Shown: positions 1 to 7,085, counted from the stretch's first letter. The stretch: 37,306 nt of DNA from Flavipsychrobacter sp. (GCA_017849575.1 JAFIGV010000023.1:1-37306); one strand, 5' to 3'. The notes: generated by a model from the sequence alone, not told the origin. Made by a program: numbers and translations.

Positions 1-53
1 TAGTCTGAAGTTAAGGCTTGTGTGTAGCCGACTACGTCGTAGTGGATAGCAGT
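1..53 (+). repeat. Partial, diverged tandem copy of repeat family A (core 'tagtctgaag..gtggatagcagtc')
   Basis: Bases 1-53 align to 67-119 with 3 substitutions, so this is a direct tandem duplication. The window edge cuts it, and more copies may lie upstream. Confidence 0.7.
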
Positions 54-197
54 CCCCAGTTCGGCGTAGTCTGAAGGTAAGGCTTGTGTGTAGCTGACTA
101 CGTCGCAGTGGATAGCAGTCTCCTGACTGCCTCACTGGTTTTAGTCTTGCGCAGCAGACTTAAACCCGAAATACAAGCAGGTCTTCGACCGGCAATC
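54..197 (+). repeat. Repeat family A, copy 2 (about 144 bp, three hairpins)
   Basis: About 93% identical to 2505-2649 in the same orientation. It contains hairpins cgtagtc..gactacg, cagtgg..cactg with a nested gcagtc-tcct-gactgc, and a 10-11 bp hairpin ggtttaagtct-tgcgcagc-agacttaaacc. Confidence 0.8.
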
Positions 198-396
198 AGA
201 TAACAGAGCTGGTTGGTTCGATTCTGCCGTTTTGCTCAGGCATCCACTGACAGGAGTGTTCGCACAGCGGATCTCATATCTATTTGAAATGAAGAAGCTG
301 AGAATTATCTTCATTAACACATAGCATTACCAATGGTGTCTTGATACAACGTGATGATTATGAAGGCAGGAAAGGCTTATTATCGCTGACTAAACC

Positions 397-494
397 ATAG
401 CAAGCCATGATGCAGGCGAACTTCGAATTCCGGTCTGGAGACCGGCAGATAAAACAGACACGAGACATCCTTCGGAAGTCTCGCGCCAGTGGAT
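397..494 (+). repeat. Repeat family B, copy 1 (98 bp, two strong hairpins; REP/BIME-like)
   Basis: About 97% identical to 1978-2075 as a direct repeat. It has hairpins ccggtc-tgga-gaccgg and cgagacatcc-ttc-ggaagtctcg, and begins with ATAG. Confidence 0.8.
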
Positions 495-700
495 CTGCAG
501 GAGATCGCAGCGAAGAATGGAACGTAGTAACCAATATATTGAATAATACAAGCACAACCACAGTGCCAGAAAGAAGAGGAATGCAACGATTTAAGCCTTT
601 CAGCAAGCTAACTAATTATGGAACAATGATCATTAAGGGTAACGACAATATACCACAGAAAAAGCCTGCACCCAATAGCTTGCACAATAGGTAAGATTAA

Positions 701-1144
701 ATGAACTGGATGAACGTTAGAAGAAATTTTGTTATCGCTTTTCTCCTGTTGCTGCTTTTTTCTTGTAAGAGGAGTAGTTGCACAGACGAAACAGGCATTC
801 ATGTGAGTGAATTGTTGCTCATAACTGCGGGAAAACAATCTTACGAATATTGTGAGCTTTTACGCAAGGCAGTAAAAAATGATAAGGCTTCAATTAAAAC
901 GCTGTCTTTATTAGAATTTAATGATGCTGCTGGCTATGACCACGGCAGCGTCATAGTTGACTTGATCTTACTGATAGGTGAGGAGAATTATGTTGATGCC
1001 GTAAAGGAGGCTAACTCAAAAGAAAAATCAACTATTGAGGCATACATTGACGTTGGCTTAGAGTATGGAAACAATCCCGATTTTAAAAGTCAGAGCTTAA
1101 ATTCTGCTTTTCCTACTCTTGCAAAAGTCTTACAAAGCCGCTGA
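701..1144 (+). CDS. Hypothetical lipoprotein (147 aa), low GC, probable mobile-element cargo
   Basis: The N-terminus MNWMNVRRNFVIAFLLLLLFSC has a lipobox LFSC. GC is roughly 38% against about 50% nearby. A rho-independent terminator follows at 1159-1190. No homology is recognised. Confidence 0.55.
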   Translation: MNWMNVRRNFVIAFLLLLLFSCKRSSCTDETGIHVSELLLITAGKQSYEYCELLRKAVKNDKASIKTLSLLEFNDAAGYDHGSVIVDLILLIGEENYVDAVKEANSKEKSTIEAYIDVGLEYGNNPDFKSQSLNSAFPTLAKVLQSR

Positions 1145-1158
1145 TAACTGATAACAAA

Positions 1159-1190
1159 AGCCTCGCATCTCGCGGGGCTTTGTTTTGTTA
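1159..1190 (+). terminator. Rho-independent terminator of the lipoprotein gene
   Basis: An 8-bp stem agcctcgc/gcggggct (one G:U pair) with loop atctc is followed by TTGTTTTGTT. Confidence 0.6.
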
Positions 1191-1429
1191 GCGAAGCTGT
1201 CAAAAGATCAAGGCTTGCTTTACCTGCTGAAAGCCTGTTTTGTTTTGTAGTCGCGGATGATTAAATCAATGTAATGAAAGATGCGCTGCTTCTCTTCATC
1301 GGGCAGGGCACTTTCCACTGGCGCGAGAGTTAGCGCAGCGCTCTCGAGTCTAATGGAAGCAGCCAGCTTGCAACTGGCATTTGAAATACAGAAGCCGGGC
1401 ATTATTTTCATCATCACATAGCCGTAACC

Positions 1430-1981
1430 ATGTCGTCCCGATACAAAGTGCATTTTGATTATGTGCCGCATTTTATTACCTGCACAGTAGTAAACTGGAT
1501 AGATGCATTGAGTCGCGAGCAATACAAAGAGATCTTGCTGGAAAGCCTGAACTACTGCATCAACAATAAAGGATTACAGCTTCATGCATGGGTTATCATG
1601 AGTAATCATCTGCATTTAATTGTAAGTGCTTCAGATGGCTTCCGTATTAGCGACATCATTCGCGATTTTAAGAAGTTTACCAGCAGGAAGATAACGGATG
1701 CTATAGCTGCTAATATGCAGGAGAGCAGAAGAGAATGGATGCTCGGTATGTTCAGGTACGCAGGGCTGTATAACAAGAGCAATGATCAATACCAATTCTG
1801 GCAACAAGATTATCATCCCATAGCTTTGGATGGAAACGATATGTTTGTACAGCGGATGCGTTATCTTCATGAAAACCCTGTGCGGGCAGGTATCGTGTGG
1901 GAGGCGGCACATTACAAGTATAGCAGTGCTGGCGACTACTATGAAAATAGAAACGGCTTACTGCCGCTAATAAAGTTATAG
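1430..1981 (+). CDS. IS200/IS605-family Y1 (HuH) transposase, REP-associated tyrosine transposase (RAYT)-like, 183 aa
   Basis: It has the HuH motif SNHLHLIV, a C-terminal Tyr motif RMRYLHENPVRAGIV typical of the Y1_Tnp (PF01797) family, and a size near 180 aa. The stop codon TAG at 1979-1981 is the first bases of repeat B'. Confidence 0.75.
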   Translation: MSSRYKVHFDYVPHFITCTVVNWIDALSREQYKEILLESLNYCINNKGLQLHAWVIMSNHLHLIVSASDGFRISDIIRDFKKFTSRKITDAIAANMQESRREWMLGMFRYAGLYNKSNDQYQFWQQDYHPIALDGNDMFVQRMRYLHENPVRAGIVWEAAHYKYSSAGDYYENRNGLLPLIKL

Positions 1982-2075
1982 CAAGCCATGATGCAGGCGT
2001 TCTTCAAATTCCGGTCTGGAGACCGGCAGATAAAACAGACACGAGACATCCTTCGGAAGTCTCGCGCCAGTGGAT
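1978..2075 (+). repeat. Repeat family B, copy 2 (abuts the RAYT stop codon)
   Basis: It is a direct repeat of 397-494 with 3 substitutions. Confidence 0.8.
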
Positions 2076-2504
2076 TATCAAACCCATAATTGTAAGAACT
2101 CCAGGGTGTATAATCACCTTCCAGCGGGTCCACCGCACTCCACCTACACAGCCACGGTATATAGTAGCGTGCGCCGTGGTAGTACATGCCGGTTTCCTCG
2201 TCTCTTTCTTTTCCCGTAAATCTATATCGTTTTAATGATACCTCTGCTGTGGTTCTGCCGCTCTGGAAGCTGGTGGTGCCAAAGGGGTAGTATTCTTCGT
2301 AAGAGATAATATCCCCGCTGTCATCCAGCTCAAGGGTGGCTGTACCCAGATGGTTGCTGTACTGGTAGCGTACCAGCTGTACCTCACCGGTGCCATAGTC
2401 GTCGCGTACCGGGCTGTCTATAATGGCTACGCTTCCACCTGCATCTGCCAGGTGCACCGTCTGCCGCTCCAGTACCATGCCGCTCTGGTCTTTGGTATAT
2501 ACTT
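2076..2504 (-). pseudogene. Orphan RHS repeat-associated core domain fragment (about 140 aa), with no N-terminal body and no C-terminal toxin
   Basis: The translation ...RYQYSNHLGTATLELDDSGDIISYEEYYPFGTTSF...RYRFTGKERDEETGMYYHGARYYIPWLCRWSAVDPLEGD..YNYGFDNP matches the canonical end of the RHS/YD core (YD repeats then DPxGx). The frame then runs straight into repeat B' on the C-terminal side and repeat A' on the N-terminal side. Confidence 0.7.
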
Positions 2505-2649
2505 CCCCAGTTCGGCGTAGTCTGAAGGTAAGGCTTGTGTGTAGCTGACTACGTCGCAGTGGATAGCGGTCTCCTGACTGCCCCCACTGGTTTAAGTCTT
2601 GCGCAGCAGACTTAAACCCCAAATAAAGGCAGGTCTGTGCCCGGCAATC
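2505..2649 (+). repeat. Repeat family A, copy 3 (A')
   Basis: It is a direct repeat of 54-197. Its differences keep the hairpin pairings: an A-U pair becomes G-U in stem gcagtc/gactgc, and a G-U becomes G-C in stem cagtgg/ccactg. Confidence 0.8.
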
Positions 2650-2692
2650 CTATAGTGCGTGTGGCCCGGCGTCTAAGGCTTGCATTATGCTA

Positions 2693-2724
2693 CAAGAAAA
2701 GGGTGGCATCGCTGCGCACCCTTT
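2693..2724 (-). terminator. Rho-independent terminator directly after the tRNA-Arg 3' end
   Basis: On the minus strand, stem AAGGGUG/CACCCUU with an 11-nt loop is followed by UUUCUU. Confidence 0.55.
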
Positions 2725-2729
2725 GTTAG

Positions 2730-2801
2730 TAGCCTCGTCAGGAATCGAACCTGAATCTGGAGCTTCGGAAACTCTTATACTATCCATTGTACTACGAGGC
2801 C
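2730..2801 (-). tRNA. tRNA-Arg (anticodon CCG inferred)
   Basis: A 72-nt cloverleaf was folded by hand. The acceptor stem is GGCCUCG/CGAGGCU with a G1:U72 pair, the D-arm is GUAC-AAUGGAUA-GUAU, the anticodon loop is UUCCGAA, and the T-arm is UCAGG-UUCGAUU-CCUGA with discriminator A. The anticodon stem has one A:C mismatch, so the anticodon call is less certain than the tRNA call. Confidence 0.8.
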
Positions 2802-2960
2802 CGCTCCTCTCAAACTTTTTTTGAGGGCGTAAAGGTATCATTTTCCCGTGTTGCGGCACTATTTCCGGCAAAATTTTATTTTGCCCGAAAGCAAGGCAAC
2901 ATACGGCCGAATACTTCAGGGGCATACAGGGCATTTTATTGTTATTTTGTAGGGAATCTC

Positions 2961-3788
2961 ATGCTGATGAGGCTTTTTTATCTCCGAAAATCTTTCCGGG
3001 CATGCGGCAAAGTATCTGCTTTCGCCGCAGTGGTTGTTGTGCTGATTTTTTCTGCAACTCGTGCTTTAGCCGCCGGCATTGTTGGTCAATCCTCTTCTGT
3101 GGCCGGGGCTATTTTGTTTTGGTCGGTGCTGGGTGCCATAGTACAGATTTTCTTACATGCCGCTTCCCGTGGTTTTTTGTCTGGCGGGTTACCGGTCAGA
3201 GCCTTCTTTACGGGCCTTTTCCAGATTGTTTTTGCGGCCGTTTTTGCCCTTTTCCTTTTCGGATGTCTGGATCAAAAACAGGCACCCTTGGCACCGCCCT
3301 GGTGGTTTGTTCTGGCTTTTTTCACCGGGTTGCTTTCCGGTCACGTGGGGGAAGCAATTCGCAGGCTTGCGGAACCGGCAGCGCGTTTTCAGCCGCAGCC
3401 GGACTTAAAGCCACCCGATTCTGATGCCGGCGACGAAGCCTATGGCTTGCTGCCCTACACCACATTGGTCATTCAATTGGAACTTGATGACGCCGGGCTT
3501 TTTGATGAAGACCGCGAGATCGTTAGGAGGCACGGTTTCGATGATGTCTCCGTATCGGTTCAAAAGCCCGGAGAAAGCCGGATCATTCCGGCAATGAAGG
3601 TGGGTAAGGCAGACAGTCCCTTTTTTATCATTGATGATGTAGCGCAGGGAAAATATATTCTTCGTGCCGTGCAACGCGTAGCCAACCATCATAATAAACT
3701 GCCCCTTCATCTATTTAGCGAGCAGGAAATCTTTGTGCGGGAAGAGCAGCAGGTGGTGCAGCTAAGACTGCAAAAGCTTAATGCTTAA
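2961..3788 (+). CDS. Hypothetical polytopic membrane protein (about 4 TM helices plus a roughly 120-aa C-terminal soluble domain)
   Basis: The ORF is long. The first in-frame ATG downstream of the tRNA is at 2961. The N-terminal half is hydrophobic. No family is recognised with certainty. Confidence 0.55.
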   Translation: MLMRLFYLRKSFRACGKVSAFAAVVVVLIFSATRALAAGIVGQSSSVAGAILFWSVLGAIVQIFLHAASRGFLSGGLPVRAFFTGLFQIVFAAVFALFLFGCLDQKQAPLAPPWWFVLAFFTGLLSGHVGEAIRRLAEPAARFQPQPDLKPPDSDAGDEAYGLLPYTTLVIQLELDDAGLFDEDREIVRRHGFDDVSVSVQKPGESRIIPAMKVGKADSPFFIIDDVAQGKYILRAVQRVANHHNKLPLHLFSEQEIFVREEQQVVQLRLQKLNA

Positions 3789-4150
3789 CTTTTTTGCAGC
3801 CGGAGTATGTCAATCAACCGGTTTTCCTCGCGCACCCGTATCAGGTAGTACCCGCGTTCCAAAAAGCCCACATCAAATCGGAAGGCTCTGCCACCGGCGT
3901 TGAACGTAAACGTCCTGCGCAGATTGCCGCTAAAATCTACCAGGTCTATCGCAACCCTGTCCTGCGGAGCGTAATTCAAAACCACTGTTGCTGCATTACG
4001 GGCAGGATTGGGATAAAGATTGATCACTTCGGCAGGATAATAACCGGAATACACCGGGGGCTGCTCTTTGTAGAAAGCCTGTGCCTTGGAACGCACACTT
4101 ATCGAGGCGGCGGCCAGGGCCATTACGATGGCTATGTATATCTTTTTCAT
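3785..4150 (-). CDS. Minimal T9SS substrate: signal peptide, about 20-aa linker, then a type-A C-terminal sorting domain (121 aa total)
   Basis: The signal peptide is MKKIYIAIVMALAAASISVRSKAQA. LYPNPARNAATVVL and the GYYLIRV motifs match a Por_Secre_tail CTD. There is almost no passenger domain. Confidence 0.6.
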   Translation of the reverse strand: MKKIYIAIVMALAAASISVRSKAQAFYKEQPPVYSGYYPAEVINLYPNPARNAATVVLNYAPQDRVAIDLVDFSGNLRRTFTFNAGGRAFRFDVGFLERGYYLIRVREENRLIDILRLQKS

Positions 4151-4365
4151 TGTCTTCCATTTTATTTAAGATGTTACAATTTAGTACCAGCAACTGACCC
4201 TTACGATCTAAAACTTTGTTATTATGGGTTTCGAATTTGCCTGAAAGAGTGTATTTTTAAGAAAATCGAATGCATTTATGAAGAGAGCATTTGCGTTCAT
4301 GATCATGCTGCTGGCCTCTGCAATTATGTCTAAGGTGGAGCGTTAATCAGCGATCTGAATATGGA

Positions 4366-4401
4366 GAAAAAAATAACCGGCACGCTGCCGGTTATTTTTT
4401 T
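4366..4401. terminator. Bidirectional rho-independent terminator
   Basis: The hairpin AAAAAAA-ataaccgg-cacgctg-ccggttat-TTTTTT is perfect. It lies downstream of the minus-strand gene 4416-4652 and of a possible plus-strand small transcript. Confidence 0.65.
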
Positions 4402-4415
4402 GTGATCGGACTACC

Positions 4416-4652
4416 TTAGTCTGAGTCGCTGGCACGGCCCCCGCTGCGTACAATGGCCACAAGGAGCAGAATGAATATAGCCGCACCCACGATCCATGCC
4501 CAGGGCTGGTTGTACCAATGTTCCTGATGTTTTTCAATATCCACGTCTATGTCGAGGCCACGGGCATATAATGCGGTGACCTGGTTCGCGACCAGTAACA
4601 AGGTGCCGATCGCCCAGATAATTGGTTTTACTACATACTTTTTCATAGCCAT
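4416..4652 (-). CDS. Small two-TM membrane protein (78 aa), hypothetical
   Basis: The ORF has two hydrophobic helices and is followed by the strong terminator above. Confidence 0.45.
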   Translation of the reverse strand: MAMKKYVVKPIIWAIGTLLLVANQVTALYARGLDIDVDIEKHQEHWYNQPWAWIVGAAIFILLLVAIVRSGGRASDSD

Positions 4653-4770
4653 TTTCTTTTTATGTTCTATAATTTGTTCACCCTTCTGGTACTGCCTGCA
4701 GTAAGAGAAACAACTATGCCACCGGCACCCGTTCCCTGCTTTTTCAGCGTGCTGCTCTGCCCCTAATGTG

Positions 4771-4778
4771 TTAATTTG
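4771..4778 (+). promoter_or_regulatory. Near-consensus Bacteroidota -7 box (TTAATTTG) upstream of the flavin reductase gene
   Basis: It has one mismatch to TAnnTTTG and lies about 19 nt upstream of ATG 4797. Confidence 0.3.
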
Positions 4779-4796
4779 CAGTTCAGAATTTATACG

Positions 4797-5678
4797 ATGA
4801 AAATAGTTCCCGGTTCAATAAAGACTGCGCTGTTGCATGGATATTTACTCGGTTCGGTAGCACCCCGGCCCATTTGTTTTGCCAGCACCATTGATGAAAA
4901 CGGAGTTGCCAATCTTTCTCCCTTTAGTTTCTTCAATGTTTTTGGCAGTAAGCCACCTATTCTTGTTTTTTCACCGGCGCGCCGGGTTCGCGACAATACT
5001 ACAAAGCATACGCTCGATAACGTACTGGCTACAAAGGAAGTGGTGATCAATGTGGTTAGCTACAACATGGTGCAGCAAATGAATCTGGCCAGTTGCGAAT
5101 ATCCAAAAGGGACTGATGAATTTGTAAAGGCGGGTTTTACACCCATAGCTTCAGATATGGTCCGGCCTTTTCGGGTTAAAGAGTCGCCTGTACAACTGGA
5201 GTGCAGGGTAAACCAGGTGATCCACACCGGGGAAGAAGGCGGAGCGGGCAACCTCATTGTGTGTGAGGTACTGTGTATGCACATTGATGATGCGGTACTT
5301 AATGCCGAGGGAAAAATCGATCCGCATAAAATTGACCTTGTGGCCCGAATGGGAGGCGATTTCTATTGCCGTGCTTCGGGTGCTGCCGTGTTTGAAGTAC
5401 CCAAACCCAATGTGGCTTTAGGTATAGGGATAGACGCCTTGCCTGAAAGTATTCGCAATAGTAGAGTGCTTAGTGGTAATAATCTCGGCATATTGGGAAA
5501 CAGTACGGCTATACCGGTAGTAAGCGAAATTCTTTATGACGACAGGCTCACCCAGATCATTAAAGAATACGATCATGACGAGCAGGGAAAAACGAATGCC
5601 TTACATCTTTATGCTAAAGAATTATTAGAGACCCATCAGGTGGAAAAGGCCTGGCAGGTGTTATTATCAGAGGGTTAA
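4797..5678 (+). CDS. Flavin reductase-like (FMN-binding split-barrel) domain protein with a C-terminal extension
   Basis: The motif block GSVAPRPICFASTIDENGVANLSPFSFFNVFGSKPPILVFS is typical of the flavin reductase family. The ATG start is taken at 4797, because the 4776 start in the ORF track is a TTG. Confidence 0.75.
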   Translation: MKIVPGSIKTALLHGYLLGSVAPRPICFASTIDENGVANLSPFSFFNVFGSKPPILVFSPARRVRDNTTKHTLDNVLATKEVVINVVSYNMVQQMNLASCEYPKGTDEFVKAGFTPIASDMVRPFRVKESPVQLECRVNQVIHTGEEGGAGNLIVCEVLCMHIDDAVLNAEGKIDPHKIDLVARMGGDFYCRASGAAVFEVPKPNVALGIGIDALPESIRNSRVLSGNNLGILGNSTAIPVVSEILYDDRLTQIIKEYDHDEQGKTNALHLYAKELLETHQVEKAWQVLLSEG

Positions 5679-5683
5679 AACCG

Positions 5684-6598
5684 CTATTTTTTACCTCCGC
5701 CAAAGCCAATGTTGATCAGGGGTGGCGGGTCTTTGGCATATTGCTCCATGCTGCGGTTGAGTGAGTCGAGCTGTCGGTTTGCACGTTCGTAAGCTTCTTT
5801 GTTCGTCAGTATTTTGTTGTGACTGGCGGCTTCTATCTTTCGCGATAGCGAGGCGATGGAGGCCTGCAGCTCCCGAAGGGATTTTCCTGCGTCCTGCTGT
5901 CGGGCTTTAGCTGTATTTTCTTCTGCGTTATTCAGGCTCTTATTGATGTTTTTGTTTCTCTCTTCCGGGCGACGGGTAGAGGAATCGAGTTTGTTTAAGG
6001 TGTTGCCGAAGCTCGTCACCCCTCTGCGGGCGTCGGCGCTGCTGCCTGCCAGTTGTTCCAGATCTTTATTAGCGCTGGCAAACCCTTTGCGGGTCTCATT
6101 GCCCCATCCGGAGCGGAGCAGATTATTGAAAGAGAGCAAAGCACTATCTGCGCTGTGCAGCATATACTTTCCGGTTTGTATCATGGGGGAGATCTTTGCA
6201 TGGAAATTTTCACTTACCGTGCTGTCGAATCCTGTGTGTAGGGTGCTGCCCTCTGCTACAACAGGTTGCCCGGCGGGTATAGTCAGGCGAATGGATTTGG
6301 TTCCGTTCACATCTCCGCTTGTGATTATAGCTTTTGAGCCGCGGGTTATTTTTAGCGTACCCTCAATTTCGAGCACCACCCGCACTTTTTTACGGATGTT
6401 CAGATCTATTTCGTTGACCTTACCCACCTTAACGCCTTTGTAATATACCGCCGATGCCTCCTGCAGACCACGCACATCGTGATAATAACCAATGTAGCTT
6501 TTGCTGTGGCTAAACCAATGGGTGTAGTGGCGCAAGGCCAGGCCGCCTGCTACCAGCAGAACCAATACCAACAGGATGATAAGATTTTTTTTCTTCAT
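5684..6598 (-). CDS. MlaD/MCE-family protein (one N-terminal TM helix, an Mce domain, a C-terminal coiled-coil)
   Basis: The N-terminus is MKKKNLIILLVLVLLVAGG. The Mce-like segment is VRGLQEASAVYYKGVKVGKVNEIDL. The C-terminal region is rich in Q, E and R. An alternative start at 6628 is possible. Confidence 0.7.
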   Translation of the reverse strand: MKKKNLIILLVLVLLVAGGLALRHYTHWFSHSKSYIGYYHDVRGLQEASAVYYKGVKVGKVNEIDLNIRKKVRVVLEIEGTLKITRGSKAIITSGDVNGTKSIRLTIPAGQPVVAEGSTLHTGFDSTVSENFHAKISPMIQTGKYMLHSADSALLSFNNLLRSGWGNETRKGFASANKDLEQLAGSSADARRGVTSFGNTLNKLDSSTRRPEERNKNINKSLNNAEENTAKARQQDAGKSLRELQASIASLSRKIEAASHNKILTNKEAYERANRQLDSLNRSMEQYAKDPPPLINIGFGGGKK

Positions 6599-6728
6599 GT
6601 AGCGCTCGAAGCAATAAAGGTAAGTCATAAATAACGTGCCGTTTCCCTAAGGGATACTGTTTCCTCGTTCATAAGATATTCCTGCTGGCACAGTATTTTT
6701 TTCTCTTAATCGGAATAAAATTTTGTAC

Positions 6729-6884
6729 TATGAGATCATTATTGTATTTGATTGCGGTAATACTGATAATAGGTTGGTTATTGGGCGCATTCGTATGGAA
6801 CGCAGGTGGGCTGATCCACATTTTGCTGGTCATTGCTATTATATCCCTTCTTTTGGGATTTATACGCCGAAGCAGCATCGACTG
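6729..6884 (+). CDS. lmo0937-family small membrane protein (51 aa), absent from the ORF track
   Basis: The translation is MRSLLYLIAVILIIGWLLGAFVWNAGGLIHILLVIAIISLLLGFIRRSSID. It is the size and shape of the widespread two-helix lmo0937 family. A strong terminator follows. Confidence 0.55.
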
Positions 6885-6926
6885 ACGAACATCTTTGATG
6901 TTTGAGCCGGAGTTCTGGCTTCGAAA

Positions 6927-6957
6927 AAGGCAGCTTTATAGGAAGGCTGCCTTTTTT
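6927..6957 (+). terminator. Rho-independent terminator after the small membrane protein gene
   Basis: An 8-bp stem aaggcagc/gctgcctt is followed by TTTTTT. Confidence 0.65.
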
Positions 6958-7020
6958 CGTCTTTCGTCGATTGCCGATAAAATATGCGATCTGGCGCTAC
7001 GGACGGTTTTTGCTCCCCTG

Positions 7021-7060
7021 AAATCAAAAAGCCACCCGTACGTTTGTTGGGCGGCTTTTT
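7021..7060 (-). terminator. Rho-independent terminator of the BNR-propeller T9SS gene (weaker on the plus strand)
   Basis: On the minus strand, stem GCCGCCC/GGGUGGC is followed by UUUUUGAUUU. Confidence 0.6.
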
Positions 7061-7085
7061 CCGAATGCGAATCTCTTATCCTCCA

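Larger units (their letters stand above)
1..2692. mobile_element. Composite RAYT and REP-like repeat island next to tRNA-Arg (left boundary beyond the window)
   Basis: A Y1 transposase, two families of structured direct repeats, low-GC cargo and an RHS remnant together abut the tRNA terminator. Confidence 0.45.

Noticed and set aside
213-230. tRNA T-loop-like string ggttggttcgattctgcc, a possible att-site remnant
   Set aside because: No acceptor or T-stem pairing can be drawn, and the orientation is opposite to the real tRNA-Arg gene. It is probably chance.
358-606. Minus-strand 82-aa ORF sharing the peptide DPLARDFRRMSRVCFICRSPDRN with the C-terminus of the RHS-fragment ORF
   Set aside because: The shared peptide is the translation of repeat B in one frame. 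It is not evidence for a conserved toxin domain.
407-694. 95-aa plus-strand ORF that starts inside repeat B and runs to the lipoprotein gene
   Set aside because: Its start and first 30 codons are simply the repeat sequence, and the same repeat in copy B' gives only a 33-aa ORF. There is no homology and no independent signals. It is probably read-through of a non-coding repeat.
2650-2934. 94-aa minus-strand ORF
   Set aside because: It overlaps the tRNA-Arg gene and its terminator.
2787-2960. N-terminal 58 codons of the 333-aa plus-strand ORF
   Set aside because: This part overlaps the tRNA. The gene is called from the first ATG after the tRNA, at 2961.
3794-4333. 179-aa plus-strand ORF
   Set aside because: It is antisense to the T9SS CTD mini-protein gene and has no features of its own.
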